NCBI GenBank assembly: GCA_029856105.1
Contig: JAHQWH010000232.1
Coordinates: forward strand, 1 to 13,050
Source of the DNA: Promethearchaeia archaeon
GTDB lineage: Archaea > Asgardarchaeota > Lokiarchaeia > Sigyniarchaeales > SOKP01
Length of the DNA: 13,050 nt
Reading direction: 5' to 3'
Under the pieces are notes generated by a model, which saw only the letters and a program-made list of their open reading frames with translations, searched no databases and had not been told where the DNA came from. Shown here piece after piece: positions 1 to 8,521 of the stretch; within the stretch, counting starts at the first letter, position 1, and the number at the start of each line of letters is the position of its first letter. The position numbers were made by a program, and so were the translations under genes.

Positions 1-101
1 TATTAGTCTTAAGAATTCATTAGAAAAAAACACATAAAAATAAATCTATTATATAAAAATTAGAATCCTCAGAAACGAATGGGAAAAGAGGCTTAATTAG
101 G

Positions 102-794
102 ATGGGTGCGATAAAGATAGGTATATTGGGGGGGATGAGTTACGAATCTACGATTAAGTATTACGCCCAAATTTTAGAAAAGTACTATCAAAAAAAACAA
201 GACTACGCTTACCCTGAAGTAGTAATTTTCAGCTTAAATTTTCAAAGAGTAATTGATCTTGAACATGGTAATAATAAGGTTGAATATGTCGATTACTTAA
301 TGGAAGGAATCGAATCTTTAGAAAAGGCAGGAGTTAATTTTATCTTAATGGCAGCAAATTCTCCTCACGCGGTTTATGAAGATTTAATTCAATTGGCAAA
401 AGTTCCAATACTTAGTATTGTGAAAGCTACAGCCGAGAAAGCTCAACAGGAGAATTTAAGCAAACTGTTATTGTTGGGTATAAAATTTACGATGCAATCT
501 TCGTTTTACCAAGATTTTTTTGCTAAATTAAATATGCAGATTATTACGCCTTCAGAACCGGAACAAGATACTATAAACCAAATTATTTTTGATGAGTTAG
601 TTATCGGTAATTTTACAGAAGAGAGTAAGCAAAAACTCTTAAATATAATAAGTAATTACGAAGTAGATGGCGTTATACTTGGATGTACTGAGCTACCGTT
701 AATTCTCCAACAAAAAGATGCTAACATAAAATTACTCGATACAGTAGAGGTCCATGTGGAAGCGGCATTAAAGTATTATTTAATCCAGACTTAA
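102..794 (+). CDS. Aspartate/glutamate racemase family protein (PLP-independent, YgeA/RacX-like)
   Basis: N-terminal IGILGGMSYESTIKYY, central AANSPH (usually CNT[AS]H or TNTMH), LLLG and C-terminal ILGCTELP motifs. The 230-aa length is typical of the family. Confidence 0.92.
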   Translation: MGAIKIGILGGMSYESTIKYYAQILEKYYQKKQDYAYPEVVIFSLNFQRVIDLEHGNNKVEYVDYLMEGIESLEKAGVNFILMAANSPHAVYEDLIQLAKVPILSIVKATAEKAQQENLSKLLLLGIKFTMQSSFYQDFFAKLNMQIITPSEPEQDTINQIIFDELVIGNFTEESKQKLLNIISNYEVDGVILGCTELPLILQQKDANIKLLDTVEVHVEAALKYYLIQT

Positions 795-905
795 TTTTTT
801 AGTAATTCTTAACTTTAAATAGTCATTTTGGATAATTTACATTGTTTACAAGCTTTTTTAATTCTCAAATGCTATTTAATATTTAACATAATTAATTACA
901 TTTAA

Positions 906-3188
906 GTGGTAATTGCTATAGGACGACCAAAACTTACAAGGATTAAAATAAAGGACTTAGCCCCTATTATTTTAGTCATGTTATTACTATTTGTTTCAAT
1001 CGCATGTGCAAATATGCTGATTCCAAGCTACGGGGTAATTAGAATTGAGTTTAATATCCCTGAAGCGCTTATAGCAATTCCAGATTCGCTTTTTTTATTA
1101 ACTAGCGCTTCGTTTGCTTTAATTTGGGGTTATTATACTGATCGTATTGACAGAATAAAAGTTATAATGGCAGGAGCTTTTTCTTGGACTTTTGGGATGA
1201 TGTTAACTGCTTTTTCCACAAATTTATCAATGTTAGTGATCTCTAGAATGGCGAGTGGAATGGGGCTTGGTTGTGTCTTGCCAGTTGGTTATTCAATTAT
1301 TTCTGATGCGATCCCCCCAGATGAGAGGTCTGGATGGTTTGGTACGCTTGCAATACTTAGTTCAGTTTCCAATGGCGTGGGTCAGGGCTTATCTTCTTTT
1401 GTAGGGCCAATACTAGGTTGGAGGTTTCCATTTTTTTTGTTATCTGGAATTAGTACGATAATTGTATTTGTTTTATTTTTTATCAAAATCCCTCAGCGCG
1501 GTGCTAGCGAGAACGAGCTATTGGACATGGTTGAGATGAACTTGGAGTATAGCTATAAAATCTCAAAAAAGGATTTGGCAAGTATCTTAAAAAAGAAGAC
1601 TAATCGATATTTAATAATACAAGGCTTTTTCGCGATCATTCCTGGAACGATCTTAGTTTATTTTATGACTTCTATGCTTTCAAGTCATTATTTCAACTTA
1701 TTGCCTGACGAAATTAGGCTTCAAACAGCTACGATATTTGCGGGTTTACTAGGTATAGGGTACTTGCTGGGAAACGTGATAATGTCTTATATTGGCGATA
1801 TTTTATTTCGAAAAAATAAAAAAAATAGAACGCGGTTAGCGACAGTTTGTATGATACTAAGCATTCCATTTGTCTTCTTAACTCTTTTTTCTATTCAATC
1901 TCTTAGTAGCGAATTTGTTACTAATATAAGTTATCCAGTTCCAATCCCTACTGAACAAATTACCTCTTATATAATTTCAACAATTATTGAGATTTTTAAG
2001 ATTTATCCGAGCTACATTTATTACTTCATTTTTGGGTTTATAGGTTCGGTCTTAAGTACAGGATGGGTTTCTAACAAGAATGCAGTTATGGTTGATGTAA
2101 ATCTTCCCGAACATAAGGGTACTTCTACCTCATTTTTTAGCCTTTCGGAACAAGTTGGGAAGGGAATTACATTATTAATATCATTTACTTTAATATCAAT
2201 TCTTGGAAGTGTATTTAATATGATGATTTTTTCTATCTTTTTTTGGATACCTTCAGCTCTACTATGGTTATTCGCAGGTAAATCAGTAGAAGTTGATATG
2301 GCAAGTAAGTCTAAAATTCTTTCTGAAAGGAAACAAGTAAATTTATTAGATTATATATTCGAATTAGAAATCCAAATGGATAGAGCTATTCAAAAAATAC
2401 AAGATTCAAAATATTACATATTATCTAATCAAAAAAAATTTAATAAATTACTTGATGACGCTATTAATATTTTAAATTATTGTGAGAAAGTAGGAGAAGT
2501 TAGGAGCATTACTAACATTGAGAATAGAGCTCATGAATTGAATATTAAAGCGTTATCGATTAAATCTATGGCTAATCAAATATTTAAAATTCTTAAATTA
2601 GATGATCTATCTGCTAAAGAAATAGATATGCTTAACGAGGATTTAACACAAATTATTTTAAATATTGCTGAAGGAGAAAAAAGTACATTCGGGGAACTTC
2701 AAATTTATTATGAAGACGCGTATTTAAAAATCATTGAAGCTCGATTGTTAAGAAAAAACGACTTAATTAAGAGTAAGGAAAAAATTTTATTAGCAATTAA
2801 GATTTACGAGAGAGTTAAAAGCCTTTTAAATGAAAGATTAGAGGAGATTGCCGATAATCCGCAATTGACAGAAGAAGATCTTTTTGTTTACGAAAAAGAA
2901 CAAGATTTATTCAAGAAATGTTCCAGTATTTTAATCGCAACAAATAAATTGAAAGAAGATATTGATGGTATCTTCAAAAAATTAGAAGAAAAAGGAATAA
3001 ACGAGAAAGATTTAAAAAAGATTTTAGAATTAACCTTGGAATATAATGTTAACCTTTATAAAGTGATTATAGACACTTTTGGTCAAGACAAAAATACAAA
3101 AACGGCCATTAAGGAAATATTAAGCGAAATAGATGCTATTTTTAACGATTATGACAAATTTAAAGAAGAAGAATTAAAAGTTTTTTAA
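906..3188 (+). CDS. MFS transporter (about 12 TM, possibly Spinster-like) fused to a ~300-aa soluble helical C-terminal domain
   Basis: MFS motif A-like WGYYTDRIDR and SYIGDILFRK, TM4-5 signature SRMASGMGLG...ISDAIPPDERSGWFG, LGWRFPF, and VDVNLPEHKGT in the second half. Hydrophobic segments end near residue 456, followed by a charged K/E/L/I-rich tail. GTG start. Confidence 0.9.
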   Translation: MVIAIGRPKLTRIKIKDLAPIILVMLLLFVSIACANMLIPSYGVIRIEFNIPEALIAIPDSLFLLTSASFALIWGYYTDRIDRIKVIMAGAFSWTFGMMLTAFSTNLSMLVISRMASGMGLGCVLPVGYSIISDAIPPDERSGWFGTLAILSSVSNGVGQGLSSFVGPILGWRFPFFLLSGISTIIVFVLFFIKIPQRGASENELLDMVEMNLEYSYKISKKDLASILKKKTNRYLIIQGFFAIIPGTILVYFMTSMLSSHYFNLLPDEIRLQTATIFAGLLGIGYLLGNVIMSYIGDILFRKNKKNRTRLATVCMILSIPFVFLTLFSIQSLSSEFVTNISYPVPIPTEQITSYIISTIIEIFKIYPSYIYYFIFGFIGSVLSTGWVSNKNAVMVDVNLPEHKGTSTSFFSLSEQVGKGITLLISFTLISILGSVFNMMIFSIFFWIPSALLWLFAGKSVEVDMASKSKILSERKQVNLLDYIFELEIQMDRAIQKIQDSKYYILSNQKKFNKLLDDAINILNYCEKVGEVRSITNIENRAHELNIKALSIKSMANQIFKILKLDDLSAKEIDMLNEDLTQIILNIAEGEKSTFGELQIYYEDAYLKIIEARLLRKNDLIKSKEKILLAIKIYERVKSLLNERLEEIADNPQLTEEDLFVYEKEQDLFKKCSSILIATNKLKEDIDGIFKKLEEKGINEKDLKKILELTLEYNVNLYKVIIDTFGQDKNTKTAIKEILSEIDAIFNDYDKFKEEELKVF

Positions 3189-3210
3189 ATTAATTGAATC
3201 TTACTTTTCT

Positions 3211-3513
3211 CTAATTCATTAGAAACTCTGATTTTAATACATCTATATAATTGGATTTATCCTCATCCAATAGCTCTCGAACGTTTTTTCCTTTTTTATT
3301 ATAAAAATCAGGACTATCATCGTTAGAGAATAAATTAACGAGTAAAATTAAACAATTTTGTAGCTCTAAATCGTTTGTTTGCCCTTCGTTAACATTTTTC
3401 ATGATCTTAATAAGGAGATTGCTTAGCCAAACTTTATTAAAATGAGATAGGTCTATTTCTTCGTCCTTAGATTTGTTATTGTAAAAATCTAAGATATTAG
3501 CTACGCAATCCAT
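3211..3513 (-). CDS. Hypothetical protein, 100 aa, acidic and predicted helical
   Basis: Intact ATG..TAG ORF converging on the MFS gene with a 22-nt gap. Composition is protein-like, but I recognise no motif. Confidence 0.7.
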   Translation of the reverse strand: MDCVANILDFYNNKSKDEEIDLSHFNKVWLSNLLIKIMKNVNEGQTNDLELQNCLILLVNLFSNDDSPDFYNKKGKNVRELLDEDKSNYIDVLKSEFLMN

Positions 3514-3546
3514 CTTTGTTATATCCCTATACCTATATATGAATTC

Positions 3547-3600
3547 ACATAATACTTGAGCTTACGCTCTTGAATCTCATCGATTCAATCTATATTATAT
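3547..3600 (-). ncRNA. Candidate structured RNA (three-way junction) upstream of the 100-aa ORF; alternatively a DNA palindrome cluster
   Basis: Minus-strand pairing: P1 AUAUAAUAU/GUAUUAUGU, P2 UUGAAUC-GAUGA-GAUUCAA, P3 GAGC-GUAA-GCUC (GNRA tetraloop). Confidence 0.35.
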
Positions 3601-3806
3601 TTACTATTACATGAAAATTCGAATATAAAAACATTTTTAACTATTTATTTGTCGTACGAGAATAAAGAAATTCTAAAATAATAGAGTTTTATAGAAATAC
3701 GATGCTTGAGATTAAAAAAATAATTTACTCTTTACTTTATATCAAAGAATAAAAAAGAATATATTGATGTGGCATATTTAACAATAGTTTCAATAAATTT
3801 TAAAAC

Positions 3807-4364
3807 TTATAATTCCACTTCTATACTTTTTACGAAAGAATCAATAGTTTGTTCTAGGTCGATTAAGTCCTCAACTTCTTTAATATCAGAACTGGCAAGT
3901 TTACTAAGAAACTCTTTTAAAAGTTTTTCTTTTCGCTTATCGTGTGGGAAAATTAGACTGCTTTTGTAATGCTCCCAGTCCAAAATATTTGTAAACACTA
4001 GGAACAAACTCTCGATATGGCTGTAATCAATCAAACTTAGAAGTTTCTCTTTTGTGATGAGATTTTGTGTTTGATCCTTATAGAAGCTAGATAGGTCATT
4101 GTAATAATTTGTGATTCTCGCAACATTATCAAGTTGAGTGCGTAAAGCGATTTGGTTAATTGGGCTTTCATCGCCTTTATACATGATCTCAAAATAAGTA
4201 TTGATAAAATCTTTTAATTTTTGAAGCTTTTGTTGGAACACTCTCGTTTTGACTATTCGAGTGAACATTGGGCTTTCTTTATCTTTATAGAATCGAAGCT
4301 CGAACTTTACTATTGCTAAAATATCAAGAAATAATTCCTTAATATCAATATCGTCGTTTTCCAT
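3807..4364 (-). CDS. Hypothetical protein, 185 aa, helical, with degenerate ~33-40-aa internal repeats
   Basis: Intact ATG..TAA ORF. YK recurs at residues 26, 62, 95 and 133; YKxxESP occurs twice; KEKLL occurs twice. Confidence 0.8.
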   Translation of the reverse strand: MENDDIDIKELFLDILAIVKFELRFYKDKESPMFTRIVKTRVFQQKLQKLKDFINTYFEIMYKGDESPINQIALRTQLDNVARITNYYNDLSSFYKDQTQNLITKEKLLSLIDYSHIESLFLVFTNILDWEHYKSSLIFPHDKRKEKLLKEFLSKLASSDIKEVEDLIDLEQTIDSFVKSIEVEL

Positions 4365-4501
4365 ATTAATACCGTGTTAGTTGTAAATAAATTTTTATTT
4401 TTGATACTAAATACTAATATATCTATAAAAATATAAAATTATACTATCTATAGAATTCTAATTCATTAACCAATTTAATTTTTAAGTTTACAAATTATTA
4501 A

Positions 4502-5491
4502 TTAATATCGTAATGGAAAATCCCGTTGTAATATGTCGTATTCGTTTACTTCAAATTTGGTTATGGAAACCTTTTTTTTTGTTAATTTCCTAAAAAGAAT
4601 TGCTTTAACGTGAATCTTTAAAATCCTAAAGGGACATTGTAGTATAAATTTTAAGTTATTAAACGGTTGGTTTCTTAGTTCAAAAAACGAAAAATAGAAG
4701 CGCTTAGCTTTTGGTTGGGCTTTAGGCTTTTCAAACAAAATAAATCGTTCGACAATTGTATTTAACACTTTTGAGTCTTCAAAACAGTAATAGTTCGAAG
4801 CCTTTAAAGACCATTTAATTGCTTCTAATTGGTATTTTATTGAATTAAGTTCTTTTCTCGGTGCGATTAATAAAGCAAAAAAGGAAATCATTAAGTTCAT
4901 TACGGTACTTCTAAACATCTCTCGAACAGAAATTTTGATTTTTGGTCTAATAATATTTCTTAAATCATCGCCATATAATATAGTACTATTCTGAATTACA
5001 TTGCTCAAAACAATATTTCTAGGGGCAAACATAGCAGAAAAAACTTTGTTTACTCGAAAAATTTTGTAAAAGACCGCTTGTTCCCAATATTTTTGTTTAG
5101 TAAGAAAGTGGCTTACGAACATCCCCGTTGATTGCTGTATAACGCCTAATACATTACTAGTTAGTTTTGAAGATGGTTCTTTAAAATTATGTTTTATTTC
5201 TAACGCCATAAAATACCGCTCAATTTCTTTAATATGATGGTCTGATACTCTATCTTTAAAAATAAAGAGGAGGTCACAGTCTGAAACAATAGAATTATCG
5301 TTATCTGCTTGTTGGCTTCCAAATAAAATAATAGATATAATTTTATTAATTCCAATTTCTCTATTGATTAAAACTACAATGTCTCTAATGTAATTTCGTG
5401 ATTTTTCATTGATTCCTCTTAAATTATTAGATATTTTATGCTTAATTTTCTCATCCGCTTCGCTGGAACCAGTATCTCTCACTTTAATCAA
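4502..5491 (-). CDS. Pol-beta superfamily nucleotidyltransferase domain protein with a C-terminal helical domain
   Basis: IILFGS...SDCDLLFIF is the hG[SG]-xn-DxD signature. ILYGDD resembles the end of minimal nucleotidyltransferase (MNT) domains. TTG start, so the exact start is uncertain. Confidence 0.82.
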   Translation of the reverse strand: MIKVRDTGSSEADEKIKHKISNNLRGINEKSRNYIRDIVVLINREIGINKIISIILFGSQQADNDNSIVSDCDLLFIFKDRVSDHHIKEIERYFMALEIKHNFKEPSSKLTSNVLGVIQQSTGMFVSHFLTKQKYWEQAVFYKIFRVNKVFSAMFAPRNIVLSNVIQNSTILYGDDLRNIIRPKIKISVREMFRSTVMNLMISFFALLIAPRKELNSIKYQLEAIKWSLKASNYYCFEDSKVLNTIVERFILFEKPKAQPKAKRFYFSFFELRNQPFNNLKFILQCPFRILKIHVKAILFRKLTKKKVSITKFEVNEYDILQRDFPLRY

Positions 5492-5511
5492 TAAGTTTTT
5501 TTTTTTATATA

Positions 5512-5519
5512 TATTTAAA
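5512..5519 (-). promoter_or_regulatory. Putative archaeal TATA box for a leaderless nucleotidyltransferase transcript
   Basis: TTTAAATA on the minus strand at -28..-21 from the TTG at 5491. The AT-rich background weakens this call. Confidence 0.3.
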
Positions 5520-5548
5520 AATGAAAATTAAAAGTTTTTTAAAAGATT

Positions 5549-7558
5549 TTAAATCGCATTTCCGATTTTGTAACCTCTAGCTACAGCTTCCATTACCGTT
5601 TGTGGTTTTCTTGCATCTCCGATTTTTTCTACTTTTATATTTAACAATTTAATCTCTTTAGAGAGAGAATCATTTGGTTCTACACCCGTAGCGTAATATA
5701 CGTAATCAACGTTATTAATTACTTGTTCTTTATCAGCAGCATCTAAATAAATTACATGATCATCTCCAATTTCTTGAATATTGGCACCTGTAATTAATTT
5801 TATACCTAAAACGTTGCATTTATCAAGTAGCACCCATTTCGTGGTTTTTCCTAAAGCAGAACCTAGTTTTGGTAGCATTTCTAGCACTGTTACTTGGTTT
5901 CTTCCTTCATGGAGCATTTCTAAAGCTATCTCTGTCTCTAACGCTTTGTAAAAAGTAAGGAAATCAAAAGCTTCGCGACTAAGTGCACCATATTTAGTTA
6001 AGAATATTGCTAATTCAATTCCGGTGGCACCTCCTCCAATTACTACATTATTTTTGCCCACTGGAGCATCTCCACTAAAAACATCGTTAGCCCAATAAAC
6101 ATTTTTTCTGTCTATTCCTTTTATAGGAGGTCTTGTTGGTTTAGAACCAGTTGCGATAAAAACTACATCGGGATTAAATTCCTTTACTTTTTCTATTGAT
6201 ACCTCTTGCTGGAGATGCATCCGAATTCCATGTTTTTGAATCCAGTAATTATAATTTTCAATCATTCTTTTAAACTCGTTTCTTCCAGGCGGTACCCAAA
6301 TTATATTTAATAACCCTCCAATTTTATCTTCTTTTTCAAAAATATGTACTTCGTGACCTCTAATAGCAGCAACTCTCGCGGCTTCTAATCCCCCTGGACC
6401 AGAACCAATAACCATCACTTTTTTTTTCTCTTTTAATGGTTTAAGTTCAGTTTTAGCCTCATTTCCAGCGCGAGCATTTCTTAAACAAGTTATGGGCATC
6501 ATTCTAAAAACATTATCGAAACAACCTTGATTGCATCCAATACAATTCATTATATCTCTTAATTCGCCTTTCCTTGCTTTCATTGGAAGATAAGGATCGG
6601 CAATTAATCCCCTACCAATGCATATAGCTTCGGCTTTACCCGCCATTAATACATGTTCGGCTAATTCGGGAGTATTGATCCTATTAGAAGAAAAAATCGG
6701 AATTGATACGTGTTTCTTAATGTTTTCTGCCAGATAAGTATAGCACCCTTCTGGAACGTCCATCGTCAGTTGTGGTGTTTTAGTTTCGTGCCACCCCCCA
6801 GTGACGTTAAAGTAATCTAAGTATTTTTCTAATTCTTCGGCAATAATTGCTTTTTCTTTGTAAGTATTACTTCCAGGTACAAAATCATCTCCAGAAATTC
6901 TATATCCAATAACAAAGTCAGGTACACTAGATCTCATCAGTTTAATTGTTTCGATTGGAAACCTCAACCGATTTTCAAGAGAGCCACCGTATTGATCATT
7001 TCTTTTATTAGTCTTTGGAGAAATAAATTGATCCATTAAATAACCTGCATTGGCACAGATTTCAAGTGCGTCAAAGCCAGCTTTTTTCGCACGGATGGTG
7101 GCGTCTACAAATGCTTGTTGTTCTCGTTTTATATCTTCCAGCGTCATTTCTTTAGGTGTGGTTTTACTAAATTTACTGTAAACTGCCGAAGGTGCTATTG
7201 GTTGCCGACCTATAATTTGTGGAAAAGCATAAGCACCACCGTGATATAACTGGCAACAGATTTTAACATCTTCTCGAGCATCATGTACAGCTTTAGTGAA
7301 TTCAGTTAATTTTGGGAGATATTTATCGTCGTCCACCGCTATCATTGACGGTAATCCTTTTGCGTATATATCTACATAACATCCACCTACAATTAATAAC
7401 CCTGCGCCTCCCTTCGCTCTTTCAACATAAAAATTGGTTAATTTCTTTGTAATAAATCCGTCGTTAGCTAGACCGAGATGCATTGCAGGCATCACAATCC
7501 GATTTGAAAGGGTTATATTGCTAATTTTCAAAGGTTCAAACAATTTGAAGAATTTCAT
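5549..7558 (-). CDS. fadH: NADPH-dependent 2,4-dienoyl-CoA reductase-like flavoprotein (OYE TIM barrel + 4Fe-4S + FAD/NAD(P) domains)
   Basis: LSNRIVMPAMH, FYVERAKGGAGL, GYLMDQFISP.TNKRNDQYGGSLENR and FadH-type GWHE motifs; CxxCxxxC-x11-C cluster (6485-6544); two Rossmann motifs, GSGPGG and GGGATG; 669 aa. Confidence 0.85.
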   Translation of the reverse strand: MKFFKLFEPLKISNITLSNRIVMPAMHLGLANDGFITKKLTNFYVERAKGGAGLLIVGGCYVDIYAKGLPSMIAVDDDKYLPKLTEFTKAVHDAREDVKICCQLYHGGAYAFPQIIGRQPIAPSAVYSKFSKTTPKEMTLEDIKREQQAFVDATIRAKKAGFDALEICANAGYLMDQFISPKTNKRNDQYGGSLENRLRFPIETIKLMRSSVPDFVIGYRISGDDFVPGSNTYKEKAIIAEELEKYLDYFNVTGGWHETKTPQLTMDVPEGCYTYLAENIKKHVSIPIFSSNRINTPELAEHVLMAGKAEAICIGRGLIADPYLPMKARKGELRDIMNCIGCNQGCFDNVFRMMPITCLRNARAGNEAKTELKPLKEKKKVMVIGSGPGGLEAARVAAIRGHEVHIFEKEDKIGGLLNIIWVPPGRNEFKRMIENYNYWIQKHGIRMHLQQEVSIEKVKEFNPDVVFIATGSKPTRPPIKGIDRKNVYWANDVFSGDAPVGKNNVVIGGGATGIELAIFLTKYGALSREAFDFLTFYKALETEIALEMLHEGRNQVTVLEMLPKLGSALGKTTKWVLLDKCNVLGIKLITGANIQEIGDDHVIYLDAADKEQVINNVDYVYYATGVEPNDSLSKEIKLLNIKVEKIGDARKPQTVMEAVARGYKIGNAI

Positions 7559-7709
7559 ATAAATTTCACATTAATTTAGTTAGATTTAATAGTTTTATTA
7601 GTTAATAAAATTGATAACAATATAAATTATTAACCTTTGTAGTAGGTCCTCAGCACTATTCGCTCCTTTAAAATACAATCAAAAAGGAAGTAATATTTAA
7701 AATATAAAT

Positions 7710-8510
7710 TTATCTAAAATAAGAATCAGAACCACTTTCGTCTCGATTCCCCTTCATAAAGTGCTCTGCTTGCTTTTTATATGAATCAATCACGTGTTCC
7801 ATTTCTTCTATTTGTTTGTTTAATTCATCGAAATTCATATTGATGTTGAAATATTCCTTTAAAATTGCAACTAAAGCTTTAGATGCGCGAGGGTCCAGTG
7901 TCATCATAGGCAAGGGTAAAGTTTCCGCTAGTAAACACACTCCAGGGGCATAACCCTTGTTTCCCGCCCAAGCAGGTAAGATCCCATTTGCTCCGGCAAT
8001 AACACCAGCCTCCATTAGTTTAGTATTTTTGTATTTCAAAAAAGAATCAACGACTTCTTGATCCGTTCCACAAACATGTACAAGCGATGTACCTATCACT
8101 TTATCAATGACCATAGCACCGGTACTGATATACATTTTAATTTTATTATCTGTTAATTTATCCATCTCTTCGCAAAACTTTTGAGAAAAATCAAATACAC
8201 CTTCTGAGGTTTGAGGTTGATAATTGGCCGTTAATATAAAGAAATCTTGTTCTTTTTCTTGTTTTCTTGATTTATAATAAACTTTTGCGCTTGGGATTTC
8301 CAATTTCCCTTTTTCAACGTTAGATTTAGGCGGAAAGTCAAAATATTCTATGTTTAAAAATTCTTCGGCACCAATGGAATCCTTTATAGATGTGATCGCT
8401 AACTTTGCCACTAATGCAATCCCAGGCCAACCTATTAATACGATAGGGTTATTTAGATCGTCCGTATTTAATTCAAATTTACGAGTAACGTTAAAATTCA
8501 TAAAAATCAC
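7710..8510 (-). CDS. PAC2-family proteasome assembly chaperone (archaeal PbaA/PbaB-like)
   Basis: IGWPGIALVAKLA, DFPP, YQP, IAGANGIL and CLLAET...DPRAS motifs, plus a C-terminal helix ending in YFR. The start is either GTG 8510 or ATG 8501. Confidence 0.88.
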   Translation of the reverse strand: MIFMNFNVTRKFELNTDDLNNPIVLIGWPGIALVAKLAITSIKDSIGAEEFLNIEYFDFPPKSNVEKGKLEIPSAKVYYKSRKQEKEQDFFILTANYQPQTSEGVFDFSQKFCEEMDKLTDNKIKMYISTGAMVIDKVIGTSLVHVCGTDQEVVDSFLKYKNTKLMEAGVIAGANGILPAWAGNKGYAPGVCLLAETLPLPMMTLDPRASKALVAILKEYFNINMNFDELNKQIEEMEHVIDSYKKQAEHFMKGNRDESGSDSYFR

Positions 8511-8521
8511 AACTATTTATC

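Noticed and set aside
3514-3561. In-frame open stretch upstream of the 100-aa ORF, suggesting a longer or frameshifted gene
   Set aside because: It is only 16 codons, bounded by TAA, with no ATG/GTG/TTG, and there is no evidence for a pseudogene.
3547-3600. Hammerhead ribozyme, fluoride riboswitch or SECIS identity for the leader structure
   Set aside because: GAUGA is present, but the CUGANGA/GAAA core, the fluoride pseudoknot consensus and SECIS stem geometry are absent.
3769-3969. 66-aa plus-strand ORF
   Set aside because: Antisense shadow of the 185-aa gene; Ser-rich with no motif.
4451-4460. Perfect palindrome TAGAATTCTA in an intergenic region
   Set aside because: Single, short and AT-rich; expected by chance.
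7632-7690. Small hairpins (ACCT/AGGT, TCCTTT/AAAGGA) between PAC2 and fadH
   Set aside because: The 4-6 bp stems are too weak, with no tRNA or sRNA hallmarks.
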